64,000 nt of DNA from Candidatus Kapaibacterium sp. GTDB lineage: Bacteria > Bacteroidota > Ignavibacteria > Kapaibacteriales > UBA2268. Below, one piece after another: positions 61,163 to 64,000 of this stretch. Numbering within the stretch: position 1 is the first letter of the stretch; each line of letters begins with the position of its first letter. The stretch is from positions 1,824,001 to 1,888,000 of the forward strand of contig OY761611.1 of assembly GCA_963664875.1 (NCBI GenBank), given 5' to 3'. The notes below the pieces were generated by a model that saw nothing but the letters and a program-made list of their open reading frames with translations, ran no database searches and was not told the DNA's origin. Made by a program: the position numbers and the translations under genes.

Positions 61163-62056
61163 TTATTCGCAATCAAGCATATTTTTAATACCTGTTTGTA
61201 AATCTGACGGAGCAAAATCTATTTCTCGGAGAGTTTTAATATTTGTAAGCCCACCGCTTTCAGGTCGTTGTGCTTTTTGAACAAGTGAAGAAGACGGCAC
61301 AGGACTAATAAGAGAACTATCCAAACCGATAGCCCGAGCTGTTTCAAGTGCAATATTGTACCTATCAGCAAGAAATGAGCCTGCTACATTAAAAATGCCC
61401 ATACTGTTTTTTTGAATAAATCTCAGAACTGCCTCGGCTATATCCTGCGAATAAGTTGGATTGCCTGATTGTCCTGTGATAATATTCAATTTCCTGTTCT
61501 GTCTAAGGTTATCAATTATCCAGCGTATGAAATCACTTTTCCCATAGCTTGAATTACCATATACGATATTGGTACGGATAATCAGAAAATTCGTGTGATT
61601 AGCCCGAATTAGATTTTCACCTGCAAGTTTCGATTTACCATAAAAAGACAAAGGATTGGGCAATTCATCTTCTGTATAGGGACCATTTTTACCGTCAAAA
61701 ATGTAATCCGTAGAAAAATGTATGAGTTTGCTGTCGAGTGATCTTGAAATTTTTGCTAATGTTTCCGGCAACTCAGCATTGATTGACATTGCTTCGTGTT
61801 TGTTATCCTCACATGCATCTACATTAGTATATGCAGCTGCATTTATGATTATAGATGGAGTGAACTCTCGTATAGTCTGACGTAAAGACTTTTTGTCTGT
61901 AAGGTTTACATTTGCTATTGATACATTAGGCAAAAAACTATGCTCAGAACGATTGCTGATTATTAAAATTTCGCTTTCTGTTCTCGATTTTAATACTTTG
62001 CAAACGGCTTCACCTACTTTTCCGGTAGCACCCAAAAGCACTATTTTGTGTTTCAT
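61163..62056 (-). CDS. rfbD: dTDP-4-dehydrorhamnose reductase family SDR
   Basis: GATGKVG, NAAAYTNVDACE, HFSTDYIFDG, YGKSK. Confidence 0.88.
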   Translation of the reverse strand: MKHKIVLLGATGKVGEAVCKVLKSRTESEILIISNRSEHSFLPNVSIANVNLTDKKSLRQTIREFTPSIIINAAAYTNVDACEDNKHEAMSINAELPETLAKISRSLDSKLIHFSTDYIFDGKNGPYTEDELPNPLSFYGKSKLAGENLIRANHTNFLIIRTNIVYGNSSYGKSDFIRWIIDNLRQNRKLNIITGQSGNPTYSQDIAEAVLRFIQKNSMGIFNVAGSFLADRYNIALETARAIGLDSSLISPVPSSSLVQKAQRPESGGLTNIKTLREIDFAPSDLQTGIKNMLDCE

Positions 62057-62206
62057 CTCAAGTCAGACCCAATGATTCAGAAAAAAGTCAACTCACAAAC
62101 TTAGTAAAACTTTACTAAAAATTGGCCTCGAAATCAGTAAAACCGGTATTTAACGTTGTACGTAGGGCAATATCAGTTTTTTGGATATTCCCGGATTTGC
62201 TGCTTA

Positions 62207-62974
62207 TCAAAACGTACTTACATATTCAAATACTAAACTCCTTCTAAAACCTGCTGCATGTTGATAATGTTCCAAAACGTCTCTTGCCTGAAGCTCTACA
62301 GTAATGCCGTTATAGATTGACCAACGTAATGATAGATTGAGCATCCCTTTTTTATTCATTACTTCTGTATTATATTCATCCATTGTCGGATTGAACTCCA
62401 AATTAAGCGAACCTTTGCTACCGAGAGATTGCTCCATACCGACATAGAAGTTTGGTGAGCGATTGTCTGAGGGAGGATCAAAAGAATAGTTGATGCCACC
62501 GTGAAAAGCAATATTGCCAAGAGCCCAAATATAGTTTTTACTTAACGCAAGATAAATTCCTGCTGAGTTAGTCATAAATCTTTCCGAGCCCTTCAGATAT
62601 GATTCTCTGCCCTGAGTATTGACCCCAATTAATATAGCAGGTAAACTAACTCGTTCATCAAACAGGCGAAGTTTGAGCTGAATCCCGGGTATATTTTGCC
62701 ACTCGACACTTCCCATTCCGATAATGTTAGTACCGCTGTAGCTAAAGCCCATATTGAAATTTGTAAAAGGAGCAGCACTCAGAGCAACCATCACTCCACC
62801 TTGAGGATAGGTTTGAGTATAAATCGAAAAATCCCCTTTGCGAAGCACGCCGGCTGTTGCTTGATCAATTATGTATATGGACTCGTAGCTCGCACCGTCA
62901 CCTGCTGAACCTTGAGCAAAAGATATCGGCAGCGAAGTCAAAAAGATAAGAATACAAGTTAATATTAAACGCAT
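62207..62974 (-). CDS. Outer-membrane beta-barrel protein (YjbH-like)
   Basis: Signal peptide; TAG.L motif; KLRLFDE...PAI.IG; terminal Phe. Confidence 0.65.
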   Translation of the reverse strand: MRLILTCILIFLTSLPISFAQGSAGDGASYESIYIIDQATAGVLRKGDFSIYTQTYPQGGVMVALSAAPFTNFNMGFSYSGTNIIGMGSVEWQNIPGIQLKLRLFDERVSLPAILIGVNTQGRESYLKGSERFMTNSAGIYLALSKNYIWALGNIAFHGGINYSFDPPSDNRSPNFYVGMEQSLGSKGSLNLEFNPTMDEYNTEVMNKKGMLNLSLRWSIYNGITVELQARDVLEHYQHAAGFRRSLVFEYVSTF

Positions 62975-63136
62975 TTTCCCCCCGTTGTAGCTTGTTTTAT
63001 TCTGAATTTTAAAAATATCAAAAAATATTGAAAATTTTATGCCAATTATCTTATTTTATTTCTTTGGTTTTTTTTATATTCTATAATATTATGATGCAAT
63101 ATCAGATGTCTTTTAGAAAGAGGGGGAAGAAAAGAG

Positions 63137-63952
63137 ATGAAACTTAGAAAAATAGCATTATTGTTTGTCCTATTTTCGTTTTTTGCAGGTTGTGGTGGAG
63201 TCAATTTCAATTCGATTGATAATATACCTTTGCCGCCGGATATAACTATTCATTCTGAAGGCAAATCTGCCAAAATCACTATATCATGGCTATTCGAAGG
63301 CAATAAAAATAACGAGCTATATAGAGCTGTTCGCTCATTTAATAAAGTTGAAGCTGCAATCGGCGAATGGACAGACGGCAATATAAAAGAAATCAAACCT
63401 GTAAAATCTTCTTTTGCTCCCGGCAAAGATGAAAAAGAACTTGTGTCATATTTTGCACAGGGTACTCTACCTAAGTCTGAAAATTTTTCTGCTGAAACAC
63501 CGATTTTTATAAAATTTACGGCGGGGGAAAAAGTCTATAAATTTATATCAACTGTAAAAGATGCAACTCCGGATAAAGAAAATAAGCCGACAGCTCTTAC
63601 TCTCATTCCATACTTTGAAAAGACGCTACGCGGTTTGAATATTTATACTTTAGTATTCCGCAAATTTACAGTTAAAGATGAGTACCACCCCGACGGTGAA
63701 AAATATAGAGTTCGCATTTACAATCAAAAAGGCAAAATGGTTTGGGCTTCTGATTACAATGCAGATTTTACTCAGGCATTAGAAAAAGTTAAACCTGAAG
63801 AGGAAGGTGCTAACTATTTGTACAACCAATATTGGGACGGTAAAGATATCAGTGGCGAAAAAGCTGAGCCGGGTCTGTATGAGTTTAGAATAACTATACC
63901 TGCTTTCCCTATTCCTTACCAGACATCAGTTTATTACCAATGGGGTAAATAA
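63137..63952 (+). CDS. Lipoprotein with C-terminal Ig-like (BsuPI/FlgD-like) domain
   Basis: Lipobox FAGC; IYNQKGKMVW...FTQAL...WDGKD.SG...PGLY. Confidence 0.7.
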   Translation: MKLRKIALLFVLFSFFAGCGGVNFNSIDNIPLPPDITIHSEGKSAKITISWLFEGNKNNELYRAVRSFNKVEAAIGEWTDGNIKEIKPVKSSFAPGKDEKELVSYFAQGTLPKSENFSAETPIFIKFTAGEKVYKFISTVKDATPDKENKPTALTLIPYFEKTLRGLNIYTLVFRKFTVKDEYHPDGEKYRVRIYNQKGKMVWASDYNADFTQALEKVKPEEEGANYLYNQYWDGKDISGEKAEPGLYEFRITIPAFPIPYQTSVYYQWGK

Positions 63953-64000
63953 TGTCCGAAATTGAAGCTATGCGTCGTGCGATTATGCTCGCTCTCAAGG
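63952..64000 (+). CDS. ribD: Partial CDS, probably riboflavin biosynthesis protein RibD
   Basis: ATG overlaps upstream stop (TAATG); MSEIEAMRRAIMLALK resembles the RibD N-terminus (MRRAL.LA.KG); only 16 codons visible. Confidence 0.55.
   Translation, partial: MSEIEAMRRAIMLALK

Overview
A low-GC bacterial chromosome segment, probably from the Bacteroidota/Chlorobiota/Ignavibacteria group and plausibly Candidatus Kapabacteria. This is inferred from several type IX secretion (T9SS) C-terminal sorting domains, a chemoreceptor, a fused E1 alpha/beta dehydrogenase and Shine-Dalgarno-like sites. Most of the window is housekeeping: aconitase, dapA, cysS, dnaK, ktrAB, holB, photolyase, crcB, dnaA with a likely oriC upstream, rmuC, dCMP deaminase, plsY, purK, cdsA and the start of ribD. 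Two loci stand out. (1) At 1-5870 an operon encodes a secreted 13-Cys protein followed by at least four tandem T9SS cargo paralogs. They share a near-identical 3' cassette, are sequence mosaics of each other and carry a variable patch. Upstream are a T13 tract in a putative -35/-10 spacer and a structured leader with three chained mini-ORFs. (2) At 18069-24998 a 2309-aa T9SS protein combines cohesin-like and dockerin-like modules and LamG domains with two apparently nested flagellar-hook (FlgE D2)-like domains. All family assignments are by eye from motifs; no searches were run.
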